The notes below the pieces were generated by a model. It had not been told where the DNA came from, searched no databases, and worked only from the letters and a program-made list of their open reading frames with translations. 64,000 bases of DNA, taken from assembly GCA_036785375.1 (NCBI GenBank), contig JAWMAR010000036.1, positions 620,001 to 684,000 of the forward strand. The letters run 5' to 3'. The first letter of the stretch is position 1, and each line of letters starts with the position of its first letter. The position numbers and the translations under genes are program-made. Shown in pieces: positions 12,506 through 25,403 of the stretch. The stretch is from Leucoraja ocellata (taxonomy: Eukaryota).

Positions 12506-13444
12506 TAGGGTCGTTGTGTTCTGTTGGAAGGTGAACCTCTGCCCCAGTCTGAGGTCCAGAACGCTCTGGAGCAGGTTTTCATCAAGGATATCACTGTACT
12601 TTACTCCGTTCATCTTTCCCTCGATCTCCCAGTTCCTGCCACTGATAAAACATCCCCGCAGCATGATGCTGCCACCACCATGCTTCACCGCGATGAGCGG
12701 TGCCTGGTTTCCTCCAGACATGACGCTTAGCATTCAGGCCAAAGAGTTCGAACTTGGTTTCATCAGACCAGAGAATCTTGTTTCTCATGGTCTGAGAGTA
12801 CTTTTGGTGCCTTTTGGAAAACTCCAAGTGGGCTGTCAAGTGCCTTTTACTGAGGAGTGACTTCCATCTGGCCACTCTACCATAAAGTGGAGTGGAGATA
12901 TAGTTGTCCTTCTGGAAGGTTTTCCCATCTCCACAGAGGAACTCTCGAGCTCTGTGAGTGACCATCGGGTTCTTGTTCATCTCCCTGACCAAGGCCCTTC
13001 TCCCACGATTGCTCAGTTCGGCCGGGCGGCCAGCTCTATGAAGAGTCCTGATGGTTCCAAAGTTCTTCTATTTAAGAATGACGGAGGCCACTGTGCTCTT
13101 CGGGTCCTGCAAAAATCGTTTTATACCCTTCCCCAGAACTGTGCCTCAACACAATCCTGTCTCGGAGTTCCACGGACAATTCCTTCATCCTCTTGGCTTG
13201 GTTTTTGCTCTGACATGCACTGTCAACTGTGGGACCTTATATAGACAGGTGTGTGCCTTTCCAAATCATGTCCAATCGATTTAATTTACCACTGGTAGAC
13301 TCCAATCAAGTTGTAGAAACATCTCAAGGATAATCAGTGGAATGAACCTACGCTCAAATTTGAATTTCATAGCAAAGGGTCTGGATACTTACGTAAATGT
13401 GATATTTCAGTTATTTATTTTTAATTACCTTGCAAAAATTTCAA

Positions 13445-14125
13445 AGTCCAGTCCCCATCCTCTTGTCCACCCATGGTCGGGCCTATTGAGGCCTCCACAG
13501 TCGCCGCTATGGAGGCCCGATGTTTCAGGCCCTCTCGCCAGGTGATGGTGCTCCAGCGTCGGGAGAACCCTCTCAGCGGCTTGGGATGCCTGGAACGGCC
13601 GCTTCCTTACCAGAGACTGCGGCTTCCAAGCCAACAGGCCGCGCTGGACGGAGCTCCACCACGGCGATCTCGGCGGGAGATCCCAGACTCCGGACGTAAA
13701 GTTAAGCGCTGCCACCCGCAGCTGGCCGCTCCACAGACCGCAGCTCCGCGATGTACAATCAGCTGTTCCCGGCATACCGGAGTAACAGCGCGGCGACCCA
13801 GGCAAGGCATCGCCTGCTCCACGATAGCGCTCCAGCGCTGCGCCGCTGCTGAAGCCGAGGTTCTGGCCAGGTCCCCTCAGGAAACTCCGCTCTAGGCCCC
13901 GCTGGTAGGCCGAGAGGGCGGGTCGAAGTTGCTGCTCGGAGGAAGGCAGCCTCTCTGACCAGGTAAGGACTCGAAAAAGCAGTTTCCCCCCCTCACCTCC
14001 CCACACACATATAAAAAGATTAGACCCCCAACTACACAATTTAACGTACTAAAAATAATAAAAAAGAAGTGAAAAAAACGGACAGCTGCGGGACTGGCAG
14101 CCGTACAGGACAGCACCCCCTCTCC
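13445..14125 (-). mobile_element. GC-rich non-autonomous retroposon, 5' part; related to 35365-36174 and 42511-43340
   Basis: Same 5' architecture (gcagc..cag.ctgtc.gttttt, T-rich stretch, G-run, GC-rich body); no coding potential. Confidence 0.55.
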
Positions 14126-14319
14126 TCCCTTCACAATAACTTCCAGGTTGATTCTTAAGAAAAGCGAATTATCTTTGCTGCATTTCACATTTAATCCCTT
14201 GTTTTTGTCCCATGAACAAGAGAAAAGCTTGTGTTTAAAAAGCCAGAACAGGAAAGTTTTAGTTATAGAGGGTCATACAGTGCTGAAATAAACCTATAGC
14301 CCACCGTGTCCCTTTTGAT

Positions 14320-14570
14320 CATCATGCACCCTTATGAACATCATATTTCCACACAGAGGGTGGTGGGTATATGGAACAAGCTGCCAGAAGAGGTTGAGAC
14401 AGGTACAGTAACAATATTTTAACATATTTGGACAGGTACGAGAATAGGAAGTGTTTAATGGGATTTGAGTCAAATGCAGGCAAATGTGGCCAGTCTAGAT
14501 GGGGCATCATTTTCAACATGGACGGATTGGGCTGAAGAGCCTGGTTCCGTGCAGATTTACTCTATGATCT
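14320..14570 (+). mobile_element. CR1 3' tail fragment
   Basis: cacacagagggtggtgggtatatggaacaagctgccag...gggctgaagagcctg is CR1 3'-end sequence. Confidence 0.75.
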
Positions 14571-15092
14571 ACAAGGGAATTCCTGACATTTGCATAATTA
14601 GATGGAAACTAGCTTAGATCTACTGCCAATGAATTTTCAAACACTCGAGTTCCAAATAAATGCCAAATGTATCCGTTTGCTCTATCGCTGGACTCAGTGG
14701 GGTTCAGCAGCAATGCTGGTGTTATCTCTGAGATTCTACTAGATCAGGCTTAGTGTAAGATCATGAACCCAGTGATTTCAATGGGTATTGCAGAGCTGCA
14801 ATTGTAAGTCAGAGGAATATAGATTCTTCGTATCTTATTCCTCTGCTTTAAATTATTTATATTTTGATATTTATAGGTTTATTTTTATCCTCTGAAAAAT
14901 CTTTCCAAGCAATTTGGGTGGGGCTTTCTCAGTGTGCCATCAAAGGTCCTGCCTACACTCGGGCTACAATGCTGGAATTTCAACCGGCAAGATTGATCCT
15001 TCATGAGTGCTAGTAAGTACAAGCTTTGGGAGACCTTGGGTGATAAATCTAGGCAATGAGAATGGCTCAGCAGATTACTGCATGACAACATA

Positions 15093-15402
15093 GGGGCAGC
15101 ACGGTGGCGCAGAGGTAGAATTACTGCCTTACAGCGCCAGGGACCTGGGTTCGATCCTGACTACGGGTGCTCTCTGAATGGTGTTTGTTCTCCCTGTGAC
15201 AATGTGTGTTTTCCCCAGGTGCTCTGGTTTCCTCCCAAATTCTGAAGACGTATAGGTTTGTAGATTAATTGGCTTCTGTAAAATTGTTAAATTCTCCTTA
15301 GTGTTTAGAATAGTGTTAGTGTACGGGGTGATTGCTAGTCAGCATGGGCTCAGTGAACCATAGAGTCTGTTTCTGCGCAGTATCTCTAAAGTACTAAACT
15401 AA
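15093..15402 (+). mobile_element. tRNA-derived V-SINE (HE1-like)
   Basis: A box (ggtggcgcagaggt), B box (gggttcgatcc), V-domain (ggtgctctggtttcctccca), and a CR1-like tail ending (ctaaa)n. Confidence 0.88.
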
Positions 15403-15849
15403 CCGTGGGCGAATATATAAAAGTATGGCTGCCACGGTTTACCACATCCCAAGAAAAACAACAGAAAAATTAACGATTGTAATGAGTTTGATGAATATAT
15501 TTGTGCTTCAAAACTAATTGGAAAAGCATTAGGGCACCTTTGGAGTGAGTAATGTTATTCTCTAATCTAGGACATGCATTGTCTTTGTACTTCTTTTACC
15601 TCTGTCACTAATTTGATTCATCATCGCTGGCTCTACTGATTGTGGACTTCAGGCATTGTCATCCCTGTTGTATCCACGATAACAGTCAGGCTCCAACAGG
15701 CTTTTTATCACAATAGATTGTCCTTTCTCAAACATTATTCAATTAGTTGGTTTCCTATCAATCATAGGTACATGCAGCACATTTTAAATAATACACATTT
15801 CTTACCAGTAATGTTGACTGCCATAGCCTTAAATGTGAGACTGAGTAGT

Positions 15850-16365
15850 CAAAGCATCATAAGGTCAATGGATAAGCTTGTAATCGCTTTGTCATTTTTT
15901 TCCTCACATAAATGTCACCAGTAATTTGTCCTGGACCAACCACATTAAAAGCTATGTCCAAGAAAGCACACTTCCTCAGAAGACTAAAGAAGTTTGGCCT
16001 GTCTTCAACGACACTGACCAACATCGTAGAATGTAACTTATGAGGATGCATCAAAACTTGATTTGGCAACAACCTTTCTCAAGACCTGGAGAAACTGCAG
16101 AGGGTTGTGGATGCAGCCCAGTGCGTCATACAGGCCATTCTCCCTCTGCATCCCCCTAACCCCCCTTCCCCCCCAACCCTTCCATCGACTCATTTACACC
16201 TCAAGCTGTCTTGGGAAAGCAGCTAGCATAAGCAAGGATCATTTACACCATGGTCATTCCCTCTTCTCCCCTCTCCTGTCTGTCAGAAGCTGCAGAAACA
16301 TGAAAGCACATATTACCAGTTTAAGGAACAACATTTCCCCCACTGTTAACAGATTACATCAAAGT
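15850..16365 (+). mobile_element. Degenerate Rex1/L2-group LINE C-terminal fragment
   Basis: HFLRRLKKFGLSSTTL...KAASISKD..H.GHSLFSPL.S.R motif, homologous to the Rex1 copy at 48811-50317. Confidence 0.7.
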
Positions 16366-16369
16366 TGAT

Positions 16370-17080
16370 GGAGTTTCAGATAGGGATGATGGCTGTTACA
16401 GATATGGGCTGAGAAATAGGTGGCATTTAATTCTAGCAAGTGTGGCAAGACCCTTAATAGCATTGAAGTACAGAGGGATCCAAGTCCTCAGTTCCCTGAA
16501 AGTGACAACACCAGTAGTTAGTGATAAAGAAGGTTATGATATGCTTGCCTTCGTCGGTCAGAGCATTGAGTATAAGACTCGGGAAGTCATGTTGCAGCTT
16601 AATTAAACACTGGTTAGGCCACTTTTCGAGTATTCTAGTCACTCTATTACAAGAAGCTTTGGAGAGAGTGCAGAAGACGATTTCCAAAATAGTGTCTGGA
16701 GAGAGGCTGTTAGCGATGAGAGGTTGGACAATCATGGATTGTTTTCTCTGGAGCATTGGAGATTGAGTGGGGACCTGATTTAAGTATATGAAATTATGGG
16801 AGGCAGAGATAGGCAGTCAGAACTTTTTTCTGAAGGTGAAAATGTCAAAGACGAGAGGGCTTTAAGGTCAGAAGAAGAAAGTTTAAACGAGATGCGCAGG
16901 GCAAGATTTCTTAGAGTAGTTTGTGCCTGAACATGCTGCCAAGGGTGGTGGTGGTGGAGGCAAATATAAATATAACGTTTCAGAGGCTTTTTGATAGGCA
17001 CACGGATATGCAGGGAATGGAGGGATATGGATCATGTGCAGGCATAGGAGATTAATTTCACATTATGTTCGGCACAGACA
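16370..17080 (+). mobile_element. Degenerate CR1 LINE 3' region
   Basis: MLAFVGQSIEYK...ALERVQK motifs followed by a CR1 3' UTR. Confidence 0.75.
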
Positions 17081-17291
17081 TTATGAATCTATATGCCTTC
17101 ATTTCGTGCATATCATGCGCCTATCCAATGTACAGATAATCATTCGCCATTGTGCCCTCTTGCCTGCAAGAGAAAAAGTCTATCACCATCACACGATGTG
17201 TTTGTGGTTTCCCCATCATGCTTGAAATCCTATGCAAGATTTAAGTCATTGTTCCAGGGTTTGCAGCAGTGCTTTGATTGGGATGCAATGA

Positions 17292-18606
17292 AATTATTAT
17301 TATTATTATTATTATTAAACTTTATTTCAGACTCAAGGTTCAGACAAGAGACGACATTACATAAAATACATTGCATATAAAAATGCCATAAAATACATAT
17401 AAAAACTTAGTAAATTACTTATAAAACCATCATAAATTATATACAAAAACACAATACAATACATGATTTAAAATCCAGAATAAAAAGAAAGATCAATGTC
17501 CTACAATGTGACAACTATACCAATGTCTCCACAACTGGGATTGGTAGCGTGTAGTGCTAAACCTTATGTTTGATAAGACCACGATAATTACATTTTCAGA
17601 GTCATTAATCCTGCAGATAAATTTATACATGTGATTTCTTAGGATAGCTTCTAAATTACTGACTCCTGCAGCCACAGACATTTCACTAGCACTACACAAT
17701 CTAGGTTCTCATGGCATCATTATAAGCCACCTTTAGTCTCTGTAAACTTGTCTTTCCGTAGTTTGACCACAGGGGTGCAGTATAGAGTGGTGTGCAATAT
17801 GCTCTAAACAGAGACATCTTCACCACATCTGTACACGCACCAAACTTACGTAAGATAATATTTGCCTGTACATTCAGCATACGTCGTTGCCTATAAATAT
17901 CCTCATCATCTGTCATTTGTTCTGTAATAAAATGTCCGATATTTTACCTTATTACTGACACTAAGATTATGGTCAGACAATTTAAAATCAGGACATTTTA
18001 AACATTTATCCTCTTTGGTTCTACAGATCATAACAACACTCTTACACAGAACATATAGTAAGGAGCTGCTGGAGGCCAGCACTAGATGGACTAAAGACCC
18101 AAGATCATCTGCATACATAATATGGTTCACTAAAGTATTACCTATCATGCACCCAGTATTACAGGCTTTCAATTACTTGGACAGATCATCAAAATAAAGA
18201 TTAAAAAGGACTTGGGACAAAATTCCCCCTTGTCTAACACCATTGCTAACCCCAAATGGGGCTGAGACCCTATTGCCCCATTTTACTTGCAGTCTGGTGG
18301 GCATACCAGTAAGCCACAATTCTCACATTGTATTTAGGCACCCCTCTTTGACTCAATTTATCAAACACTTTATATGATTAACACGATCAAAGGCTTTGGA
18401 AGTATCAATAAAGCACATAAGAATTGATGAGTTTTTACCTCTATATTTGTTTACAATCTCCTTTAGGGCATATATACACAAGTCAGTGCCATGTTTAGCA
18501 TTAAAACCAAACTGGTTATTTGTGGAGTTAACAAACTCATTTAATCAATCCAGCAGAATTCTTTCTAGGACTTTTGACAATATGCTGGCTAAAGCTATGG
18601 GCCTGT
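17292..18606 (-). mobile_element. 5'-truncated LINE, RTEX-like, frameshifted
   Basis: RT motifs NQFGFNAKHGTD, FIDTSKAFD, GVRQGGILS and HIMYADDL; C-terminal LFRAYCTPLYTAPLW; AATAAA plus (TAA)n tail at 17292-17326. Clade assignment is tentative. Confidence 0.8.
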
Positions 18607-19206
18607 ACACTACGGGATAGTACACTATGGAGTAGTACACAAGCACTATCCTTCACACTAGGAACAATTTATATGTCCATATAAAATATATGAACCTCAA
18701 TTCATAATGAGTTTTTTTCTTTGATTAGCCATAGTCTTAGGTTACTGATGGTGTTAGTGGAATGTAGTGTTTCAACAAGAAATCAGACTTTATTGCAATA
18801 TTGCATCCTAAGGAATAATTTCTGTTTTTGACAGCATTGGAAAAACATGCAACCTGTTCTCAGAATCCAATCTTAAAAATTGCCCCATTTTAATATATAC
18901 TCACTCACTTCAAATCTGTAATTAAGCTTCTCCACATGTTTTACTCATGAGTCAACAACCAAGTTGAAAGATGAGTTGTTTAACTGGTAGCTATTTCAAA
19001 TGAAAATGCATTAGATAATCACACTGTACAAACGACATTTGCAGAAAGCTACACAGAGTTCATCCAACTTACTTCAGTTTTAATATCAGATAATGCTTTG
19101 AACCTGTGATTGCTAAAATACAATAAAGCAGGATGTAGGCCCCATCTGTTTCTGCTTTTCACCAGCATCTCTTTTGATTCCATGGATCACCATAGTTCTA
19201 GCCATA

Positions 19207-19533
19207 GGGCAGCACACTGGCGCAGATGGTAAAGCCGCTGCCTCACAGTGCCAGAGACCCTGGTTTCGAACCTGACCTCGGATGCTGTCTGTGTGCAGTT
19301 TGCACATTCTCCCAGTTTCCCAGGTTTCCTCTAGGGCCTCTCGTTCCTCTCACATCCCAAAGATGTGCAGCTTTGTAGGTTAATTAACCTCCGTAAATTG
19401 CCCCTAATGTGTAGGAAATGGATGCAAAAGTAAGATAACATGGAACTATTGTGAATGAGCGATCGATGGCCATCATGGACTCAGTTGTCCAAAGGGCTTA
19501 TTTACATGCCGTATATCTAAACCAAACTAAACT
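19207..19533 (+). mobile_element. V-SINE (HE1-like)
   Basis: tRNA head, V-domain and (ctaaa)n tail as at 15093. Confidence 0.85.
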
Positions 19534-19970
19534 ATTTATCAGAATGACAGCTGTTTGTGATCTCACCTTACTAAAAGACCGTGGAACATTTTTCAGCATT
19601 TGTGATGGGTTATCACCATTTGTTCTCAGTAGAAAAATTCAACAACTTAATCTGATTAACTGGCAGCAGGATGGAATTTTAAATAGCTGAATTTGTTGAT
19701 TCAGATCATTTGGAGTTTCACAGTCTTGATAGTCTTAACAATAAATTAGAGTAGGAAATGTCATGTATCTTGATGTCAACACATTGTAGATAAGGTATGG
19801 CGGGTGATGTCATTGATCATGTGTCAAAAGGAAAGTTAAAAGGAACTATTGGACTGGTCATGTTGGAGCATTTTTTTATTAAGATCGCATGGAATGTGAG
19901 TTGTAACAGCTTCGCAGCAATGAATGCCTCTCCCCAAATGCTTTTGAGTAGGTGGAGCAGAATCACCTAC

Positions 19971-20266
19971 TTTAATTTAGTTTACGGATACAGCATGGAA
20001 ACAGGCCCTTCGGCCTACCAAATCTGCACCAACCAGCGATCCGGACTCTAGCAGTAACCATTTACAATTTACAATTTTTACTGATCAAATTAACCTACAA
20101 ACCTGTAGGTCTTTGGAGTATGGGAGGAAACTGTAGCACCCGGGGAAAAGCCACTCGATCACAGGAAGAAAATACAAACTCCGTCCAGATAGCTCCCGTA
20201 GTTAGGACCGAACCTGGGTCTCTGGCGCTGTAAGGCAGCAACTCTACCACTGCTCCACTGTGTCGC
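19971..20266 (-). mobile_element. V-SINE (HE1-like)
   Basis: Reverse complement of the same SINE family. Confidence 0.82.
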
Positions 20267-20343
20267 TCCTACATGTTACCGTGCCATCAAGCAACAATTG
20301 TAATGTTATAGTTCTTTTGAGGAAGATATTTCCACAGTATTGT

Positions 20344-20558
20344 GTAAGAAGGAACTGCAGATGCTGGTTTAAACCGAAGATGGACACAAATAGCTGGAGT
20401 AACTCAGCGGAACATGCAGCATCTCTGGAGACATTTAGGTGACATTTCAGGTCGAGACCCTTCTTCGGACTGCCCAGTCTTGACCCAAAACATCACCCAT
20501 TACTTCTCTCCAGAGATGCTGCCTATCCCGATGAGTTACTCCAGCTTTTTGTGTATAT
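20344..20558. mobile_element. Fold-back mini-element made of two inverted Penelope pLTR fragments
   Basis: Inverted copies of gacacaaa..gctggagtaactcagcgg..gcagcatctctggaga; 15-bp TSD tttccacagtattgt / tttccacaatactgt. Confidence 0.75.
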
Positions 20559-20599
20559 TTTCCACAATACTGTTACGTAGGGGATTCCAGGATCTTGAT

Positions 20600-21565
20600 A
20601 CAACAGCATTGAAGCAATGGTGATATACTTTGGGTTAAGTATAAAATAGGAATATACCTCTTTTTTCCCCGATGGCAGGCAATGATTAGTGAGATTCCAC
20701 AGGGATCTGTGCTTTGACCCAGGTATTCACAATATATACTGGTATGTAATTTGAATGAGGAAGTTAAATGTAACATTTCAAAGTTTGAGGTGACACAATG
20801 TTGAGGGAATACGAGCTTTGAGAAGAGTGCAAAGAACTCCAATGCGATTTGGATTAATTAAACATAAGGGCAGGTGCAGTATAACTTGGACAAATATGAG
20901 GTCTACCTTTTGTTTCTAAAAACAGAAAGATATGTTGTAATCTGCATGGTGATAAATTGGAGAACGAATAGGTGCAATGAGACCCAGTCCCTGAAATGCA
21001 AGTATTCAGGTGCAGAAAGCATAACAAATACAAATGGTACTTTGACGTTCATTGCAACTGAATTTGTGTGCAGGAGCAGGAATGCCGTGCTTCAACTCCA
21101 CATGGCCTTGAGACCACATCTGCTGTTGTATGTGCAGTTTTGGTCTCCTCATCTAAGAATGAATGTTCTTGTCATGGACGGTGGAAACAAAGGTGACAAG
21201 ACCAGATCCTGGGATGGCAGGATTGATATGTGAAGAGGGATTGGGTCGAAGAGGCCCATATTAATTGGAATGTAGTAAAATGAAAGGGAATTTTGTAGAA
21301 ACCTCTAAGATTATAGAGAATGTTCCCAGTGGCTAGAGAGTCCAGAACCAGATGTCACATCCTCACAATATGCCATTTAGAACAAGGATCAGGACAAATC
21401 TATTCTCCCATGGGGTGGTGAAGCTTTGGAAGGATCTTCCCCAGAAGGCAGCGGCGGATAACTCACTAAATATTTTCGAAATGGAGTAAATTTATTTCTT
21501 ATTGTTAAAGGATCAAGGGGAGGAGGCTGAACAGCCCACCCTTGCTCCTATTTTTTTATGTTTCC
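20600..21565 (+). mobile_element. Old CR1 LINE RT and 3' fragment
   Basis: IPQGSVL.P..F, RPHL..YVQFWSPHLR motifs and a degenerate CR1 tail. Confidence 0.75.
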
Positions 21566-23026
21566 ATGTTTATTTGAACTGTCGGTTAATTTGCAGTTTG
21601 TGACATTTTACCAGGGAAATCTTAAATAGTGAGTTTATCCGCATTTAATAAAACCAGAAGATTAGGTTTTCTAAAACGATAGTAGGTTCAGCGGATCTGC
21701 ATAAGAATCCAAACTCAGGCATGCATTCTGTTCCAGTTTAAGGCACAAGCAAATTGTTTCCCTTTGACCTAAAATAAAGACTTGAGTAAAAATTGCTGCA
21801 TTTCAATTGAGTGTAGATGAAGCAAGAGTGTTACCAGAAAGACAGACACAAAATGCTGTAGTAAGTCAGCGGGAGAGGCAGCATCTCTGGAGAGTAGGAA
21901 TGGGTGACATTTTGGGTCGGGACCCTTCTGCTGGATGTGCAATGTTAGTAATAGATTGTGTCCATTGAAAGTGAAATTATTTTGCATTGCCAAGGTAAAC
22001 ATTACAATTTTCTTGTGTATGTGGGTTTGTAAGCAGTGTTTGAATTTTGTTGTTAAATTGCTAAATCCAACACCTTTTCAGAAACCTTCCAGTTCTGTCT
22101 TTTATCATTGGGAGTAAAGTGATCCTAGAAATTCTGTGCTGACAGAAATGTTCCCGTTAATTGACATTGTGGTCAAGACTGAGAGTCGATTTTAAACCAC
22201 AAGCACATAGCACAAATGCATGGAATAATAAAGATAAGATAAGGACTATGGATTTCCAGTGAACCACATTGCTATGTGGGATTACTTAACTTACTGGTTC
22301 CCACCCACCCTGCCGTGTATGATCTCCTTGGTGAGGAGGTTGGGAGTGGGGGAGAGGAGGAATGTCAGGATTATGGAAAGGTCAGTGGGACTTTGATAAT
22401 GCTGATGTAATTTAATTGGGATGTTCAGTGAAGAATTAAAGACAAATAAGACCACATTTGACACCAGAGGCCCCAGCTGCTGAAAGTCCCTGGGAATCCC
22501 TAGTTCAGTCTCACTCCCTTAAATTGAGCTACTGGTGACATCGTCAGGCCATATAAGAGGGTGGCACATATATTGCCAAGCGTGAATGTAGAGCTTTCAT
22601 TCACCAAGGATGGGAACCAATGCCCTCAGCTTTGCATCATTCCAATATAACAGTCTAATAATCACGTGAAAAAGGCATTTTGAATCCTTCATCCATCTGT
22701 GCTATTTAAATCAATCAGACGTTGAACAACCAAGCCTCCCTTTCACAGCCTCCTCATGTTCAGTGTCAATTCATGTCCCATCTGTCGTCATACAACTGAA
22801 ACAGGCATCTACCAGTCAGTCACGAAAAGTTGATAAAACATGAAAGCGATGCCACAATTATATTTTTATATCCCAAAACAGAGAAACTCAACAAAGTAAT
22901 GTAAGTGCCCATTGGCATGCCGTTATATTTCTTCACTCTATTTTTACCTTCCACTTATGGCCACTTATAAACAGGTTGTTTACAGACCTGGTCTCCAGGA
23001 TTTGATAATACAAGGATCTCAACAAA

Positions 23027-23255
23027 ATAGTTGTGCAGTTGATTGAGCTGCACCAGAGACATGGGTTCGATTCTGACCTCGGATGCTGTCTGTGAGGAAT
23101 TTGTACTTGCTCCACAAACACCATGTGGGTTTCCTCCGGGTGCTCCGGTCTCCTTCCACATGCCAAAGATGTGTAGGTTTGTAGCTTAATTGGCTTCTGT
23201 ACATCACTCTAAGTGTGTAGGGAATGGATGAGAAAATGGGAACACATAGTACCAG
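23027..23255 (+). mobile_element. V-SINE (HE1-like), truncated
   Basis: gggttcgattctgacctcggatgctgtctgtg...gggttttctccgggtgctccgg-type V-domain. Confidence 0.8.
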
Positions 23256-23479
23256 TGGAGCCTTTGATCTTCTTAACTATATTATTCTAATGTTCTTTGC
23301 CCTCCATGATGACAACCCAAAGCAAGCAACTCAAGGCAGTTTTCCCCCCAAAAAAGACAAAGTGATAGGGCCAGGCAGCTTCCCTGGAGGACATCATTAG
23401 ATGGCATTTTGGGCTGGAATTGTTCTTCAGGCATTGTCCATACTGGTTTGTGCATTCTGAACTGGCCAATTAGGCCAGT

Positions 23480-23900
23480 GTGACCTCTTTCCCAGGTGGG
23501 CTAGATTGTGTGCAAGAAAGTGGGCAGGTGGGTAGTTTGTGAGCTGTCATGTTCCTACTGCTTGCATGAGGCTTTGGGGTGCTCTTGATGCATCAATCCA
23601 AGGTCCTCGGGTATTACTGCGAATACTCCTCCACTATAGGTGGCCATGGGCCAGAGATTCTCAGAGTGAGTAGGGATGTTGCTTTTCTTCAACGAGGCTT
23701 TGAAGCTTTCCTTTAATCTAGTGTCGGACAAGCAAGCAACATGGCCTGCTGGATGTGACAACTGAGTATAACTTGGATCTCAGGGCTGGGAAGATAATCC
23801 AGAAGAGGATGCATTGGTTCACTTACCCTCACAGTGGATTTGAAGGATGTTGCAGAAACAGTGTTGGTAGTTTCTTTCTTTCCTATGCCATGATTTCAGA
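23480..23900 (-). mobile_element. Degenerate RTE LINE 3' fragment
   Basis: AGHVACLSDTRL...LKASLKKSNIP motif similar to the RTE at 59905-61872. Confidence 0.6.
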
Positions 23901-23984
23901 TTTCAGGCTGTGAAAAATGTCGAGAGAAAATCTATTTGATCTTTCATACCTTTTTAAAAAAAAATACGGCACTTTTAAGAATTT

Positions 23985-25403
23985 TTAAGAAAGAACTGCA
24001 GATGCTGGAAAAATCGAAGGTAGACAAAAATGCTGGAGGAACTCAGCGGGTGAGGCGAGAATAGGTGACGTTTCGGGTCGAGACCCCTCTTCAGACTAAT
24101 GTCGGGGGGGGGGGGGGGGGGCGGGAAAAAGAAAGGAAGAGGCAGAGACAGTAGGCTAGTGGGAGAGCCGGGAAGGGGAAGGAGGGAGAAAGCAAGACTG
24201 AAATTAGAGAAGTCAATGTTCATACTGCTGGGGTGTAAACTACCTAAGAGAAATATGAGGTGCTCTTCCTCCAATTTGCGCTGAGACTCACTCTGGCAAT
24301 GGAGGAGGCCCAGGACAGAAAGGTCAGATTCAGAATGGGAGGGGGAGTTGAAGTGCTGAGCCACCGGGAGATCAGGTTGGTTAGTGCAAAGTGTAAGGAC
24401 TCTATCCCCTACTCCCAATTCCTCCGTCTACGCCGCATCTGCACGCAGGATGAGGTGTTCCAGACCAGGGCATCGGAGATGTCCTCATTCTTCAGGGAAT
24501 GTGGATTCCCCTCTTCTATTATAGATGAGACTCTCACCAGGGTCTCCTCTATATCCTGCAGCTCCACTCTTACTCCCCATTCCCCTACTCGTAACAAGGA
24601 CAGAGTCCCTCTTGTCTTCACTTTCCACCCCATCAGCCGTCGCATACAACATATAATCCTCCAACATTTTCGCCACCTTCAACGGGATCCACCACTGGCC
24701 ACATCTTTCCATCTCCTCCCCTTTCTGCTTTCCGCAAAGACCGTTCCTCCCATAACTCCCTGATCAATGTGTCCCTTCCCACTCAAACCACCCCCTCCCT
24801 GGGTACTTTCCCTTGCAACCGCAGGAAATGCTACACTTGTCGCTTTACCTCCCCCCTCGACTCCATCCAAGGACACAAGCAGTCTTTCCAGGTGAGGCAG
24901 AGGTTCGCCAGCACCTCCTCCAACCTCATCTACTGCATCCGCTGTTCCAGTTGTCAACTTCTCTACATCAGCGAGATCAAGCGCAGGCTCGGTGGTCGCT
25001 TTGCCCAACGCCTCCACTCAGTTCGCACTAACCAGCCTGATCTCCCGGTGGCTCAGCACTTCAACTCCCCCTCCCATTCCCAATCTGACCAGAGTGACCA
25101 GAATCTGACCGAATCTTGCCAGAGTGAGGCCCAGCGCAAATTGGAGTAACAGCACCTCATATTTTGCTTAGGTAATTTACACACCAAATGTATGAGCATT
25201 GACATCTCTAATTTCAGAGCATCCTTGCTTTCCCCCTCCTTCCCCTTCCCAGCTCTCCCACTAGCCTATGTCTCTGCCTCTTCCTTTCTCCCCCATCCCC
25301 CCGACATCAGTCTGAAGAAGGGTCTCGACCCGAAACGTCGCCTATTACTTCTCTCCATAGATGCTGCCTCACCCGCTGAGTTCCTCCAGCATTCTTGTCT
25401 ACC
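23985..25403 (+). mobile_element. Penelope-like element: RT C-terminus, GIY-YIG endonuclease, inverted terminal pLTR
   Basis: KDSIPYSQFLRLRRICTQ...RVPLVFTFHP, then PCNRRKCYTC...NLIYCIRCSSCQLLYISE.KRRL..RF.....VAQHFN. Positions 23985-24390 are an inverted copy of the 3' end (junction ~24390). Confidence 0.92.
25309..25340 (+). ncRNA. Minimal type-I hammerhead ribozyme motif in Penelope pLTR (representative copy)
   Basis: CTGAAGA-A-GGGTC TC GACCC-GAAAC-GTC gives the CUGANGA core, stem II, GAAA, palindromic stem III and GUC triplet; stem I is weak. Confidence 0.6.

Larger units (their letters stand above)
9365..13441 (-). mobile_element. Tc1/mariner DNA transposon (Tc1 family, DD34E), decayed, with two nested insertions
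   Basis: TA then CAGTGCATTCAGAAAATATTCAGACCCC terminus at 9363-9392. Minus-strand transposase pieces: ILWSDETKFELFG, VKHGGGSIM, FTFQQ, WPGKSPFLNPIEH, and C-terminal VIAAKGASTEY* ending ~9583. The opposite IR (13375-13441) is cut off by another insertion. Confidence 0.93.
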
